A stretch of DNA of 64,000 nt from an uncultured Gemmatimonadaceae bacterium (GCA_963781585.1 CAWAGQ010000004.1:64001-128000), one strand, 5' to 3'; positions 8,590 to 18,923 are shown, numbered from the stretch's first letter. Numbers and translations are program-made. Notes: generated from the letters alone by a model not told the origin.

Positions 8590-10008
8590 GTGCGAGGAAC
8601 GGGCCTCCTGCCCCACGACAGAACAAAAATCGTCTGCACGCTCGGCCCGGCGACGTCCGAGCCGGCGGTGATCGGCCAGTTGATGGACGCCGGGCTGGAC
8701 GTGGCGCGCATCAACTTCTCGCACGGGACGCACCTCGAGCACGCCCGGACCATCGGCCTGGTGAGGAAGCTCGCCGCCGAGCGGGCGCGTCCGGTGGCGA
8801 TTCTGGGCGATCTGCAAGGTCCGCGCATTCGTATCGGACAGCTCGCGACGCCGGTTCACGCGGAAACCGGCAGCGAGGTGCGCCTGCGCTACCAGGCCGA
8901 CGCGGGGCCTGACGATGTGCCCGTGACCTATGCGGCTCTGGCCGATGACGTGCATCCGGGCGACCGCCTCCTCGTGGATGACGGCCTGATCGAGTTGGTG
9001 GCCCGTGAAGTTCGCGACGGACGAGTCACTGCGCGGGCCGTGCACGGCGGCGACATCCGAAGTCACAAGGGACTCAACCTGCCCGGCGTGAATGTCTCGG
9101 CGCCGCCGATCACGGAGAAGGATCGTGCCGACACCGCATTCGCGCTCGAGCAGGGACTGGACTATCTCGCGATGAGCTTCGTCAGACGCGCGGCCGATAT
9201 TACAGCCTTGCGACAGCTCGTCGGGCGGTCGCTCCTGATCGTCGCCAAGATCGAAAAGGACAGCGCGCTCGACGAAATCGAAGACATCGTACGAACGTCG
9301 GATGCCGTGATGGTCGCGCGAGGTGATCTGGGCGTCGAACTGCCGTTCGAAAAGGTCCCCCTGGTGCAGAAGCGCATCATCCGCCTGTCCAACCATCTCG
9401 GACGCCCGGTCATCACCGCGACCCAGATGCTGGAATCGATGATCGAACACCCGCGTCCCACGCGCGCCGAGGCGAGCGACGTGGCCAACGCCATACTCGA
9501 CGGAACTGACGCCGTCATGCTGTCGGCGGAGACCGCGGTGGGAGCGTATCCCCTCCTCGCGGTCGAGGCGATGCGGCGCATCATCGCCGAGATCGAGGGC
9601 CATCAGGCACAACGGCGGCGTGACGAGCGGCGTTCGCACGAGCGCGCGACCACCGAAGAGACGATCGCCGCCGCCACCGTGACCGCGGTGCGAATGCTCG
9701 GCGCAGCGCTGGTGGTGGTGTTCACGAAGAGCGGCTTCAGCGCCCGCATCGTTTCCGCGCAGCGGCCAGCGGTACCGATCCTCGGTCTCACCGATGTCGA
9801 GCAGACGTTCAACCAGCTCGCGCTGGTCTGGGGGGTGATTCCCGCCAGAGTGACACACAGCGACACTTACGCACAGATGTTCGAGCACGCGCGCGACGAG
9901 GTGCTCCGGCGAAAGCTCGCCGCCCCCGGTGACAAGGTCATCGTAACCGCCGGCGTGCCATTCGACGTGCCCGGCACCACCAACCTGCTGAAGGTCGAAG
10001 TGCTGTGA
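8590..10008 (+). CDS. pyk: Pyruvate kinase
   Basis: TKIVCTLGPA, RINFSHG, DLQGP, AKIEK, MVARGDLG, TQMLESM, PTRAE. Confidence 0.97.
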   Translation: MRGTGLLPHDRTKIVCTLGPATSEPAVIGQLMDAGLDVARINFSHGTHLEHARTIGLVRKLAAERARPVAILGDLQGPRIRIGQLATPVHAETGSEVRLRYQADAGPDDVPVTYAALADDVHPGDRLLVDDGLIELVAREVRDGRVTARAVHGGDIRSHKGLNLPGVNVSAPPITEKDRADTAFALEQGLDYLAMSFVRRAADITALRQLVGRSLLIVAKIEKDSALDEIEDIVRTSDAVMVARGDLGVELPFEKVPLVQKRIIRLSNHLGRPVITATQMLESMIEHPRPTRAEASDVANAILDGTDAVMLSAETAVGAYPLLAVEAMRRIIAEIEGHQAQRRRDERRSHERATTEETIAAATVTAVRMLGAALVVVFTKSGFSARIVSAQRPAVPILGLTDVEQTFNQLALVWGVIPARVTHSDTYAQMFEHARDEVLRRKLAAPGDKVIVTAGVPFDVPGTTNLLKVEVL

Positions 10009-10784
10009 AGCTCACCTTCCTGGGCACCGGCACCAGCTTTGGTGTTCCGCAGGTCGGGTGTCACTGCGCCGTCTGCCGATCTCCCGATCCCCGCGACCGC
10101 CGATCGCGCGTCGGTGCGATGGTTGAAACCGACCGCGGCACGCGCCTCCTCATCGACACCCCGCCCGAGCTGCGCCTTCAACTCATCACCTGTGGTATCG
10201 ACCGGGTGGATGCGCTCCTGTTCACGCACAACCACGCCGATCACGTGCAAGGTCTCGACGATATCCGCGCGTTCACGGTGCGCCGGGATGCGCCGCTCCC
10301 CGTGTACGGGTCGGCGGAGACGTTGCACGGGATCGCGGAGCGCTTCCCGTACATCTTCGACGACCGCGTGCGCCCGGTGGCCGGCACGTCGAAGCCCGAG
10401 GGGCATCTGCATGAGCTCAGGGCGGGACAGACCGTCCGGGTCGGGGACGCGGATGTCACCGCCATTGAGCTCCCACACGGGCCGGTGACCGTCTTCGGCT
10501 ATCGCATCGGTGCGCTCGGGTACGTGACCGACGCCAAGCGTCTCCCAGGGGAAGCCCTGGACCGGCTTCGCGGAGTGCGCGTGCTCGTGCTGAACGCCCT
10601 CCTGCGCACGGAGCACCCTACCCACCTGTCGATCCCGGAAGCCCTGCGCGTAGCCGCCGAGGTCGGCGCCGAACGCACCTACCTGACGCACCTCACGCAC
10701 ACGAGCTTTCACGCCGACCTGGAAGCGGAACTGCCGCGGGGGGTGAGTCCCGCCTTCGACGGACTGGTGGTCAGGATCGACTGA
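10005..10784 (+). CDS. Metallo-beta-lactamase-fold hydrolase (PhnP-like)
   Basis: FLGTGTSFGVP, CxCxxC, THNHADH, THLTH; GTGA overlap with the pyk stop. Confidence 0.9.
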   Translation: MKLTFLGTGTSFGVPQVGCHCAVCRSPDPRDRRSRVGAMVETDRGTRLLIDTPPELRLQLITCGIDRVDALLFTHNHADHVQGLDDIRAFTVRRDAPLPVYGSAETLHGIAERFPYIFDDRVRPVAGTSKPEGHLHELRAGQTVRVGDADVTAIELPHGPVTVFGYRIGALGYVTDAKRLPGEALDRLRGVRVLVLNALLRTEHPTHLSIPEALRVAAEVGAERTYLTHLTHTSFHADLEAELPRGVSPAFDGLVVRID

Positions 10785-10808
10785 CCTGCGAACCCGAGGA
10801 GTCAAGAC

Positions 10809-12197
10809 GTGGTCTCTCTCGACTACACGTTCATGACGTCGCCGTCGGTGGCGAGCGGCTTCACCGCCGACGAGCTGACAGCGGCAGCCGCGAGCCTCCG
10901 CAACGCGCATCAGGAGACCATGGCTCGACACGCCCGCGGTGAGCTGGGCTTTTTCGATCTGTCGACCGACCGTCGGCTTCGTGACCAGAGTGTGGACCTG
11001 GCCGGGAAGATCCGCGCGCGAGGGGTCGAGGACGTGGTGGTTCTGGGTATCGGCGGGTCCGCCCTGGGACCGATTGCGTTGCGCAACGCGCTGCGCCCGC
11101 CGGACTGGAACGGCCTTTCGGCGGCGGCGCGTGGCGGTCTGCCGCGACTGCACGTACTCGACAATATCGACCCCACGACGGTCGAGGCCCGGTTGGCGCG
11201 GCTGGACCTGCGAACCTCGAGCTTCGTGGTGATTTCGAAGTCGGGAAGTACCGCGGAGACGATGGCGCAGTACCTGATCGTGCGCGGGCGTTTGGCGGCG
11301 GCCGGTCTGTCCGCACGCGATCACCTGGCGTTCGTCACTGATCCGGAGCGGGGAGCGTTGCGGGCGATTGCGACCGCCGAAGGAATTCCAGCAGTGGACA
11401 TTCCGCCTAACGTGGGAGGTCGATTCAGCGTGCTGACGCCGGTGGGAGTGCTGCCAGCCGCGCTCATCGGCATCGACGTGGAATCGTTGCTCGATGGCGC
11501 AGCCGCGATGCGCGGGCGCTGCCTCACGGCCGAGTTCGTGAAGAACCCCGCCGGCGCACTGGGCACCCTGCAGTGGCTCGCCGATACCGCGCGGGGGCGT
11601 CATACACACGTACTGATGCCCTACGCCGACTCCCTCCGGGAGATGGCGGCCTGGTTCGTGCAACTCTGGGCCGAGAGTCTCGGGAAAACCCGTCGTGATG
11701 GCTCCCACGCCGGACCCACACCGATTGGCGCGGTCGGCGCCACCGACCAGCACAGCCAGATGCAGCTCTTCATGGAAGGTCCCCTCGACAAGACCGTGTC
11801 GTTCATCGCCGTGAAGGAGGGTGGGTCGGACCTGCCGATTCCGGGCGGCGCTGACGCTCCAGGAGAGCTGGCGTACCTTGGTGGCCACTCGCTGAGCGAG
11901 CTCCTCGGGACCGAGCGCCGGGCTACCGCCGCTGCCCTGGCGCGGCGCGGCCGGATGAGCATGACGATCACGATCGACCGCGTGGACGCGTGGCACCTGG
12001 GAGGCCTTTTCCTCCTGTTCGAAATGGCCACGGCCATTGCAGGCGAACTGTACGCGGTGAACGCCTTCGACCAGCCGGGCGTCGAGCTCGCCAAACGATA
12101 CACCTATGCGCTGATGGGGCGTCCGGGATTCGAGGACGTGGCAAAGGAATGGAAAACCCTTCCGCGCAGCGATGCGCGATACACGATTCAGGAGTGA
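10809..12197 (+). CDS. pgi: Glucose-6-phosphate isomerase
   Basis: GIGGSALG, ISKSGST, VGGRFSV, QLWAESLGK, DQHS, FDQPGVELAK. Confidence 0.95.
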   Translation: MVSLDYTFMTSPSVASGFTADELTAAAASLRNAHQETMARHARGELGFFDLSTDRRLRDQSVDLAGKIRARGVEDVVVLGIGGSALGPIALRNALRPPDWNGLSAAARGGLPRLHVLDNIDPTTVEARLARLDLRTSSFVVISKSGSTAETMAQYLIVRGRLAAAGLSARDHLAFVTDPERGALRAIATAEGIPAVDIPPNVGGRFSVLTPVGVLPAALIGIDVESLLDGAAAMRGRCLTAEFVKNPAGALGTLQWLADTARGRHTHVLMPYADSLREMAAWFVQLWAESLGKTRRDGSHAGPTPIGAVGATDQHSQMQLFMEGPLDKTVSFIAVKEGGSDLPIPGGADAPGELAYLGGHSLSELLGTERRATAAALARRGRMSMTITIDRVDAWHLGGLFLLFEMATAIAGELYAVNAFDQPGVELAKRYTYALMGRPGFEDVAKEWKTLPRSDARYTIQE

Positions 12198-12211
12198 AGA
12201 CGAGAAGAGGG

Positions 12212-12240
12212 TTGCCTGACGCATTCGCGGCGGGCAGTTT
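12212..12240 (+). promoter_or_regulatory. Putative promoter upstream of the aldolase
   Basis: TTGCCT-17 nt-CAGTTT, same pattern as other promoters in the window. Confidence 0.35.
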
Positions 12241-12354
12241 CCGACACACCGGGGGCGATCGCGGCGCGGAAGGCGAACGAATCCCGAACAGGGAGCCGAC
12301 GAGCGTGCGCAGCACCGGACCCGGGGAACGCGCCTGCCTCACGAGGGAGCAGCA

Positions 12355-13785
12355 ATGGCGATGACCGATACGGCCACGATGGCGCATCACGCGCTCGGTA
12401 ACGCGGTCACGCGGACCGGTTCGGGCGTGCACGTCCAGGACGCGACCGTGCTGGCCTCGCCACGCATGGATGCCCTGGTGCGCGAAGCGGTATTCGGCAG
12501 CCCGGATGCGCGCGCGTACGCCCGCTGGCTCATCTGGGAGCTGGCGCAGGCAGTCGGCATCCGGCCGTCATCGATTCACGAGATGTACATCGCGCGCGGC
12601 CGCGGGACCGTTCATGGCTTCACCGTTCCGGCGATGAACCTCCGCGGACGGGCCTACGATACCGCCCGCTCCGTCTTCCGTGTGGCGAATCGCCTCGATG
12701 CTGGTGCGTTCATCCTGGAAATCGCGCGCTCGGAGATTGGATACACCGACCAGCGCCCCTCCGAGTATGTCGCCGCGTTGCTGGCTGCCGCGATACGGGA
12801 GGGTTTTCGCGGGCCCGTCTTCATTCAGGGCGATCACTTCCAGGTCAACGCAAAGAAATTCGCCGCCGATCCGGCGGGCGAGGTTGACGCCGTCAAGGCT
12901 CTGGCGCGCGAAGCGATCGACGCTGGCTTCTGCAACATCGACGTCGACACCTCCACGCTGGTCGACCTGAAACAGCCGACGCTCGCCGACCAGCAGCGCC
13001 CGAACTACGAGACGTGCGCCGACATCGCGTCGTTCATCCGCTCGCATCAACCACGCGGGATCACGATCTCCACGGGCGGTGAGATCGGCGAGGTGGGATC
13101 GCAGAACAGCACCGTGCCCGAACTCGAAGCCTTCATGGACGGCTTCAACGCCACGCTCAGCGCGCGCGCACCAGGGGCCGTCGGGCTCTCCAAGATCAGC
13201 GTGCAGTCGGGCACGTCGCACGGCGGCGTGGTGCTCCCCGATGGCAGCATCGCCGACGTCAAGCTCGACCTGAAGACGCTCGAGGAACTTTCGCGGGTCG
13301 CCCGCGAGCGCTACGGGCTCTCGGGGGCCGTGCAGCACGGCGCCTCCACGCTCCCGGACTCGGCGTTCAACAACTTCCCGCGCACCGAAACGGCGGAGAT
13401 TCACCTGGCGACGAATTTCCAGAACCTGCTGTACGACGCCATTCCGGCGAGCCTGCGTGACGAGATCTACGCATGGCTGCGGACCCACACCGCCGACGAG
13501 CGGAAGCCCGCCGATTCCGACGAGCAGTTCCTGTACAAGACGCGCAAGAAGGCGCTGGGGCCGTTCAAGCGGCAGTTCTGGGACCTGCCCGAAGCCACGG
13601 CCGACGCGCTGGCCGCAACGTATGACGCCAAGTTCGAGTTCCTGTTCACGCAGTTGGCGGTCGGGGGAACGAAGACCGTCATCGGCCAGACGGTGCACCC
13701 GCTGGCCATTCACCGCCCGATGCCCGGTACGACTGCTCATGTGGCGGTAGCCGCGGCACCGGACGACACCGAGTTGAGCGACTGA
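12355..13785 (+). CDS. Class II fructose-bisphosphate aldolase family protein
   Basis: VPAMN, QGDH, GEIGEVG, GTSHGG, VQHGAS; glycolytic gene context. Confidence 0.85.
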   Translation: MAMTDTATMAHHALGNAVTRTGSGVHVQDATVLASPRMDALVREAVFGSPDARAYARWLIWELAQAVGIRPSSIHEMYIARGRGTVHGFTVPAMNLRGRAYDTARSVFRVANRLDAGAFILEIARSEIGYTDQRPSEYVAALLAAAIREGFRGPVFIQGDHFQVNAKKFAADPAGEVDAVKALAREAIDAGFCNIDVDTSTLVDLKQPTLADQQRPNYETCADIASFIRSHQPRGITISTGGEIGEVGSQNSTVPELEAFMDGFNATLSARAPGAVGLSKISVQSGTSHGGVVLPDGSIADVKLDLKTLEELSRVARERYGLSGAVQHGASTLPDSAFNNFPRTETAEIHLATNFQNLLYDAIPASLRDEIYAWLRTHTADERKPADSDEQFLYKTRKKALGPFKRQFWDLPEATADALAATYDAKFEFLFTQLAVGGTKTVIGQTVHPLAIHRPMPGTTAHVAVAAAPDDTELSD

Positions 13786-13838
13786 GCCGTTTCTGCGAGA
13801 TCCGGCCCGGCCGGCCATCGCGAACGGAAGGAGGAAAG

Positions 13839-14276
13839 ATGGGACGATACAAGGATGAGGACGAAGACGTCATGCCCGAGCGCAACCGCAGCCTTGGCGT
13901 CGGGACCTTCCTGGCTGGACTCGCGATCGGCGCGGGGCTCGCGTTGCTGGTCGCGCCGCAATCCGGCGAAGAACTGCGACGGCGCATCCGGCGCAACGCG
14001 CACCGCGCCAAGCTGGCCGCCGAAGACCTCGCGCACGATGCGAAGAAGCGGGCCCGCGATCTCACCACGGACATGAAGGAGCGCGCCGAGGATCTCCTGG
14101 ACGACGCCCGACACGAAGTCGAGACGCGTGTGGACGACGTGCGGCACGTGGTGAATCGCAAACGCCGCGACCTCAACCGCGCGCTGGACGCGGGCCGGTC
14201 CACGGCGCGTGAGGCCCGTGAATCATTCGAGCGGCGCATCGCGGAAGGGCGGGCTGAGGAGGCGCGAGGCGACTGA
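13839..14276 (+). CDS. YtxH-domain protein
   Basis: FLAGLAIGAGLALLVAPQSGEELR followed by a coiled coil; GGAGG SD. Confidence 0.85.
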   Translation: MGRYKDEDEDVMPERNRSLGVGTFLAGLAIGAGLALLVAPQSGEELRRRIRRNAHRAKLAAEDLAHDAKKRARDLTTDMKERAEDLLDDARHEVETRVDDVRHVVNRKRRDLNRALDAGRSTAREARESFERRIAEGRAEEARGD

Positions 14277-14302
14277 ACGTCGTCCCTCCTCCAACTGACA
14301 TC

Positions 14303-15211
14303 TTGAGGCGTGCGCGGCACGGAGCCGTGCGCGCCCTCGCGGTCATTGGGGACTACATCCGCCGGGTCTACAACAACGCCGCCGACGACAACCTGTTCTT
14401 CCTCGCCGGCGGCGTGGCCTTCAGTCTCCTGCTCGTGGTGGTGCCGTTCATCCTCCTCGTGGTCGGCGGACTCGCTTTTCTGTTCAATCAGGGTCTCGAC
14501 GTCACGCGGACGGAGATCCATCAGATCGTCGACCTGCTCCTCCCTCCACATCCGCTGGGTGTAGAGGCTCCGGTACACGATCTGCTCGACAGCATTCTGC
14601 GTGCGCGCGGCCCCATCAGCCTCTTCAGCGCCCTCGGCTTCATCCTGTTCTCCACTCGCGTCTTCGGGTCTCTGCGGAGCGCTCTGTCCGAAGTGTTCGA
14701 TATCGAGCAGGGACGCAGCATCCTGATCGGCAAGCTCTTCGACGTCCTGGTGACCCTGGTGGCTACCGCCCTCATCATCGTCTACATGGTCGTCACGGCG
14801 TACCTGGCGATCGCGACGCCGCATGGCGCCGCGATTTTCTCACGGGTCGGTCTCCGCGCGGAGGTGATCGGAGGTCTGGGTCAGGTATTGGGCCGCGTGC
14901 TCGCCCTGGCCTTCGTTGTCGCCCTGTTCTACGGCCTCTACCGCTACTTGCCCAATCGACGAATTCGCTGGCAGCCCGCGCTGATCGGCGCGCTCACCAC
15001 GAGCGTGCTCTTCGAGCTCGCACGCAGCATCTATTTGAAAGCCACCGGGGCGGTGACTCCGGGGACGCTGTATTCCGGATCGCTGTATGTCATCGTGTCA
15101 CTTGTATTCTGGGTCTACTACTCCGCGGTGATCTTCCTGATCGGTGGGGAAGTCGCGCAGGCGTATGAGGTACGGCGCGTGCTCCGGCTCCAGCGGGAGA
15201 CCTTCGGCTGA
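14303..15211 (+). CDS. YihY/BrkB family membrane protein
   Basis: LAGGVAFSLLL, LYRYLP, LYSGSL, WVYYSAVIFLIGGE; six TM-like segments; start uncertain. Confidence 0.85.
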   Translation: MRRARHGAVRALAVIGDYIRRVYNNAADDNLFFLAGGVAFSLLLVVVPFILLVVGGLAFLFNQGLDVTRTEIHQIVDLLLPPHPLGVEAPVHDLLDSILRARGPISLFSALGFILFSTRVFGSLRSALSEVFDIEQGRSILIGKLFDVLVTLVATALIIVYMVVTAYLAIATPHGAAIFSRVGLRAEVIGGLGQVLGRVLALAFVVALFYGLYRYLPNRRIRWQPALIGALTTSVLFELARSIYLKATGAVTPGTLYSGSLYVIVSLVFWVYYSAVIFLIGGEVAQAYEVRRVLRLQRETFG

Positions 15212-15285
15212 TCCGGGGAGCCCGAGGCGGAACGACCGGACCGTTTCATTGTGGACGGCGTCGCCGCTTGTTGCGAAATTGTCGC

Positions 15286-16374
15286 ATGCTCATCGATATC
15301 CGCAGCGACACGGTTACCCGCCCAACGGCGGCCATGCGGCTGGCCATGGCCGAGGCGGAGGTTGGTGACGATAACCTCGACGGCGATCCCACGACTCGTC
15401 GGTTGGAGGCCCGGGTTGCGGATGTGCTCGGCAAGGAGCGCGCCCTGTTCTTCCCGAGCGGAACCATGGCGAACCAATGCGCCATCTGGGTCTTGAGCGA
15501 GCCCGGTACGGAAATCCTCGCCGACGCCAATTCGCACATTGTCGATCTCGAGATGGTGGGAGCGGCCGCATTTTCGGGTGTGCAGGCCCGGGTGGTGGCG
15601 GGCGAGGGGCCGATGATGGACGCAACGTCGCTGGCGAGGACCTTTCGCGCGCCAAATCCCCACTCGCCTCGGGCCACACTCGTCTGTCTCGAGGACACGC
15701 ACAACAGCGCCGGGGGAAGAGTCACGCCCGCGGCAGGTCTGGAAGCGATGCACGACGTGACCCGGGCGCACGGGTGCCACGTGCATCTCGATGGTGCCAG
15801 ACTGTGGAATGCGTCCGTGGCCAGCGGCACCCCGCCGGCGGAGTTCGCCCGGTGGGCTGACACGGTGATGGTGTCCTTTTCCAAGGGACTGGGCGCCCCG
15901 GCAGGCGCAATCCTCGCCGGCGACGAAGCGGTGATGCGTAGGGCGGATGAAGCACGGCGACGGCTGGGCGGTGTGATGCGGCAGAGCGGCATCCTCGCGG
16001 CCGGTGCCCTCTACGGCCTCGAGCATCATATCTCGCGACTTGGTGAGGATCATGCGAGGGCGGCGGATTTTGCGCACATCGTCGACCGGGCGATCGCGGC
16101 GGCCGTGGTTCCACCGGAGACGAACATCGTGATGGTGGATCTGGCGCCCGGCCTCGATGCAGCGGATGTCGCCCGGCGTGTCGCCAGGGAAGGTGTTCTG
16201 GTAGGAGTCTGGACGCCGTCGCGGATCCGCGTCGTGCTGCATCTCGACGTGAGCGAAGACGATGCGCGGATCGCCGCCCTCGCGCTGCTCGACGCGCTCG
16301 ACGAGGCGTGGCGCGAGATGGCGGACACGTCGGACTGGCCAGTGGCTGCCGCGGCACCGCGACGCGCGGACTGA
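15286..16374 (+). CDS. ltaE: Low-specificity threonine aldolase
   Basis: DIRSDTVTRPT, SGTMAN, HLDGARLWNA, SFSKGLGAP, GGVMRQSG. Confidence 0.9.
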   Translation: MLIDIRSDTVTRPTAAMRLAMAEAEVGDDNLDGDPTTRRLEARVADVLGKERALFFPSGTMANQCAIWVLSEPGTEILADANSHIVDLEMVGAAAFSGVQARVVAGEGPMMDATSLARTFRAPNPHSPRATLVCLEDTHNSAGGRVTPAAGLEAMHDVTRAHGCHVHLDGARLWNASVASGTPPAEFARWADTVMVSFSKGLGAPAGAILAGDEAVMRRADEARRRLGGVMRQSGILAAGALYGLEHHISRLGEDHARAADFAHIVDRAIAAAVVPPETNIVMVDLAPGLDAADVARRVAREGVLVGVWTPSRIRVVLHLDVSEDDARIAALALLDALDEAWREMADTSDWPVAAAAPRRAD

Positions 16375-16448
16375 GTTCTGCGGCGGCGACGCGTGATGGA
16401 TTTCACCCGACCGCTGCCCCGTGCGCCTGCCGCGACGTAGTTTTCAAG

Positions 16449-16548
16449 TGCTCCAGGTCCCGGAGGGCGCGAGCTCGCCAACCCCGTGAGGACCCCGAAG
16501 GTAGCAGCGGTACGCGGTGTCTTGCGTTGCTTCGTCAGACCTGGAGTA
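16449..16548 (+). ncRNA. ffs: Signal recognition particle RNA (4.5S)
   Basis: Closing helix CTCCAGGTC/GACCTGGAG; domain IV-like AGGACC-CCGAA-GGTAGCAGC; TAGTTT -10 at 16438; classic position upstream of dnaX. Confidence 0.8.
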
Positions 16549-16668
16549 TCGCGCGGGAAAGGACGCACCCGGGTGGGTGAGGTCGCCCGCGCGAATCGTT
16601 TGGTCCGACCGCGAGTCCCGCTGCCCTCCTTCACTGCCGCTGACGCTGTGCGCGGCGCAAATTGACGC

Positions 16669-18540
16669 ATGTCGCTGGCCCTCGCGCGCAAGTACCGGCC
16701 GAAGACGTTCACCGACGTCGCCGTCCAGACGCACGTCTCGAATACGCTGCGCGGCGCCATAGCGCGTGGACGCGTAGCACACGGCTATCTGCTGTGCGGT
16801 CCACGAGGCACGGGCAAGACCACACTCGCACGGGTGCTGGCGATGGCGCTCAACTGCGAGAACCGGCCACGCGGGGGCGCGGAATCCCCCTCTGCCGACC
16901 CGGGAGAGCCATGCGGGATCTGCGACTCGTGCCGTCGCATCTGGAGCGGGGCATCGAGTCTGGACGTGGTAGAGATCGACGCGGCGTCAAACCGTGGAGT
17001 CGAGGACGCCCGCGATCTCCGGGAGCGCGCGATGTACGCACCCTCCGGAGAGTCGCGCTGGAAGGTGTACATCATTGACGAAGCGCACATGCTGACGCGC
17101 GAGGCGTGGAACGCGTTGCTGAAGGTCCTCGAGGAACCGCCCCCCCGCGTGGTGTTCGTCTTCGCCACGACCGAACCCCACAGGATCGCGCAGTTTGCCG
17201 CCCCGGTGCTGAGCCGCCTCCAGCGCTTCGATTTCAGGCGCATCGGGATCGCCGACATCCGCGCGCGCCTGGACTCGGTTCTGCGGCAGGAACAGGTTGC
17301 GGCCGAACCGGACGCCCTGGCGATGATTGCCCGTGCCGCCGATGGCTCGATGCGGGACGCGTTGAGCCTCACCGATCAGGTCATCGCGTTAGGCGGTCAG
17401 ACCGTCACCGCCGAGCATGTCCGTCAGACCCTCGGGCTGGTGGCCGAAGACGAATACCTGGCCTTTCTCGACATCATCGCCGATCGGCGGGCCGCCGACG
17501 TCTTTCCGGCGATTTCCCGGCTCGTGGACGCCGGCGTCGACCTGGGGGTCTTCCTTTCGGGGTTCTCCGAAATGGTGCGGGCGATGCTGGCTGTGAACCT
17601 CGACGCCTCTGCCGGTGACGTGTCCGACCGCGTGCGCGCGGGGCTCGTCGAGCGGAAAGGACGCCTGGCCACCGGAGACCTGCTGCGCATGCTGAACGCG
17701 CTCGCCGAACTCGAGCCGCGATTTCGCCGGAGCACCCAGCAGCAGTTGCTCCTCGAGACCGCGCTGGTGCGCTTCGCCCTCCTGGACCGCACCATTACCC
17801 TCGAGCGGCTGTTGCGCGACCTCGCGGATGCTCCCGGCCCTGCGGTCTCCCCGTCGGATCCCGGCTCAGCACGAGGTGCACCCGGTCCTCGGGAAGGGCA
17901 TCAGTCGGGGAGGTCGGAGAAAGGGGGAGGAGGAGTGGGAGGGAGAGGGGCGGGCGGCGCGAGGCAACTGGCCCCCCCCACCGATTCGCCGGTAGCGGTT
18001 CCGCGCCTTTCGGACGTACCGGCAGCCCTGTCGGGGACACGCGCGCGTATGCCGACGCCTTCTGCGCCGTGGATAACTCTGTCCGCTGCCTCCGATGAGG
18101 TTCAGACGCTCGGCGATGAGCGCGCCGAACCGGGCGACGCGGCCGCAACGGTACACGTCGCCGATCTGAATGCCATCGCGGCTGCCTGGGACGACCTTGT
18201 GGCGTCGGTGCGCCGCGCGCGACCGCTGATTGCCACCTTGCTCGAACACGCGCTGCCAACTGCCGCCAGCGCGACCGGTACGCTGACGATTCTGGTGGAC
18301 TCGGAGACGGTGCACGAAGGGCTCAAGGCGACCATGGGGGATACGATTTCTCTCCTGCGTTCGAGGATCGCCGGGCTCCAGCGAATCGTCGTTCGATGCG
18401 GCGACGAGTCAGGGGAGGCGCGCGCCGCGTCACGCATGACAGCGGCCAGCGTGCGCTCGGACACCCTGACATCGATGCGGAAGCGCGATCCCGTTCTGGC
18501 GGCCGCGATCGACGCGCTCGACCTGGAGCTTGCGGACTAA
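16669..18540 (+). CDS. dnaX: DNA polymerase III subunit gamma/tau
   Basis: LARKYRP, GPRGTGKTT, EIDAASNRG, IIDEAHML, GSMRDALS. Confidence 0.97.
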   Translation: MSLALARKYRPKTFTDVAVQTHVSNTLRGAIARGRVAHGYLLCGPRGTGKTTLARVLAMALNCENRPRGGAESPSADPGEPCGICDSCRRIWSGASSLDVVEIDAASNRGVEDARDLRERAMYAPSGESRWKVYIIDEAHMLTREAWNALLKVLEEPPPRVVFVFATTEPHRIAQFAAPVLSRLQRFDFRRIGIADIRARLDSVLRQEQVAAEPDALAMIARAADGSMRDALSLTDQVIALGGQTVTAEHVRQTLGLVAEDEYLAFLDIIADRRAADVFPAISRLVDAGVDLGVFLSGFSEMVRAMLAVNLDASAGDVSDRVRAGLVERKGRLATGDLLRMLNALAELEPRFRRSTQQQLLLETALVRFALLDRTITLERLLRDLADAPGPAVSPSDPGSARGAPGPREGHQSGRSEKGGGGVGGRGAGGARQLAPPTDSPVAVPRLSDVPAALSGTRARMPTPSAPWITLSAASDEVQTLGDERAEPGDAAATVHVADLNAIAAAWDDLVASVRRARPLIATLLEHALPTAASATGTLTILVDSETVHEGLKATMGDTISLLRSRIAGLQRIVVRCGDESGEARAASRMTAASVRSDTLTSMRKRDPVLAAAIDALDLELAD

Positions 18541-18545
18541 CGCGC

Positions 18546-18575
18546 TTGCCCCGGTCTCAACAACTCAGGTAACTT
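18546..18575 (+). promoter_or_regulatory. Putative promoter upstream of ybaB
   Basis: TTGCCC-18 nt-TAACTT. Confidence 0.4.
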
Positions 18576-18608
18576 GCGTTCCTCTCACCAGTTGCGGGCG
18601 CGACGCGC

Positions 18609-18923
18609 ATGGCGGACCTGTTCAAGATCATGCAGCAGGTGCAACAGATGCAGGGCCGGCTGCAACAGATGCAGGACGAGCTCCAGCAGAAGACGGTCTC
18701 CGGCACCGCCGGCGGCGGCATGGTTACCGTGGAGGCCGATGGCCGCGGACACGTCCGGTCGATCAGGATCGACCCGTCCGCGGTGACTCAATCCGACCTG
18801 GAAATGCTGGAGGATCTCATCGTCGTGGCGGTGAACGATGCCCGGGCAAAGGCCACCGATCTGGCGCAGGTGGAGATGGGTAAGGTGACCGGGGGTATGG
18901 ACTTGCCGTTCAAGCTCCCGTGA
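18609..18923 (+). CDS. ybaB: YbaB/EbfC nucleoid-associated protein
   Basis: GTAGGGMVTV, DLEMLEDLI; lies between dnaX and recR. Confidence 0.95.
   Translation: MADLFKIMQQVQQMQGRLQQMQDELQQKTVSGTAGGGMVTVEADGRGHVRSIRIDPSAVTQSDLEMLEDLIVVAVNDARAKATDLAQVEMGKVTGGMDLPFKLP

Noticed and set aside
7423..13818. Very long antisense ORFs (7423-9888, 9867-12224, 12568-13818) and many similar ones across the window
   Set aside because: They mirror well-supported genes on the other strand. Stop-codon scarcity in high-GC coding DNA explains them, and they carry no recognisable motifs.
17900..17985. Purine run and C8 tract in the dnaX linker as a gamma/tau frameshift or slippage site
   Set aside because: There is no in-frame X XXY YYZ heptamer or long A/T run. 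The runs simply encode Gly and Pro in a low-complexity linker.
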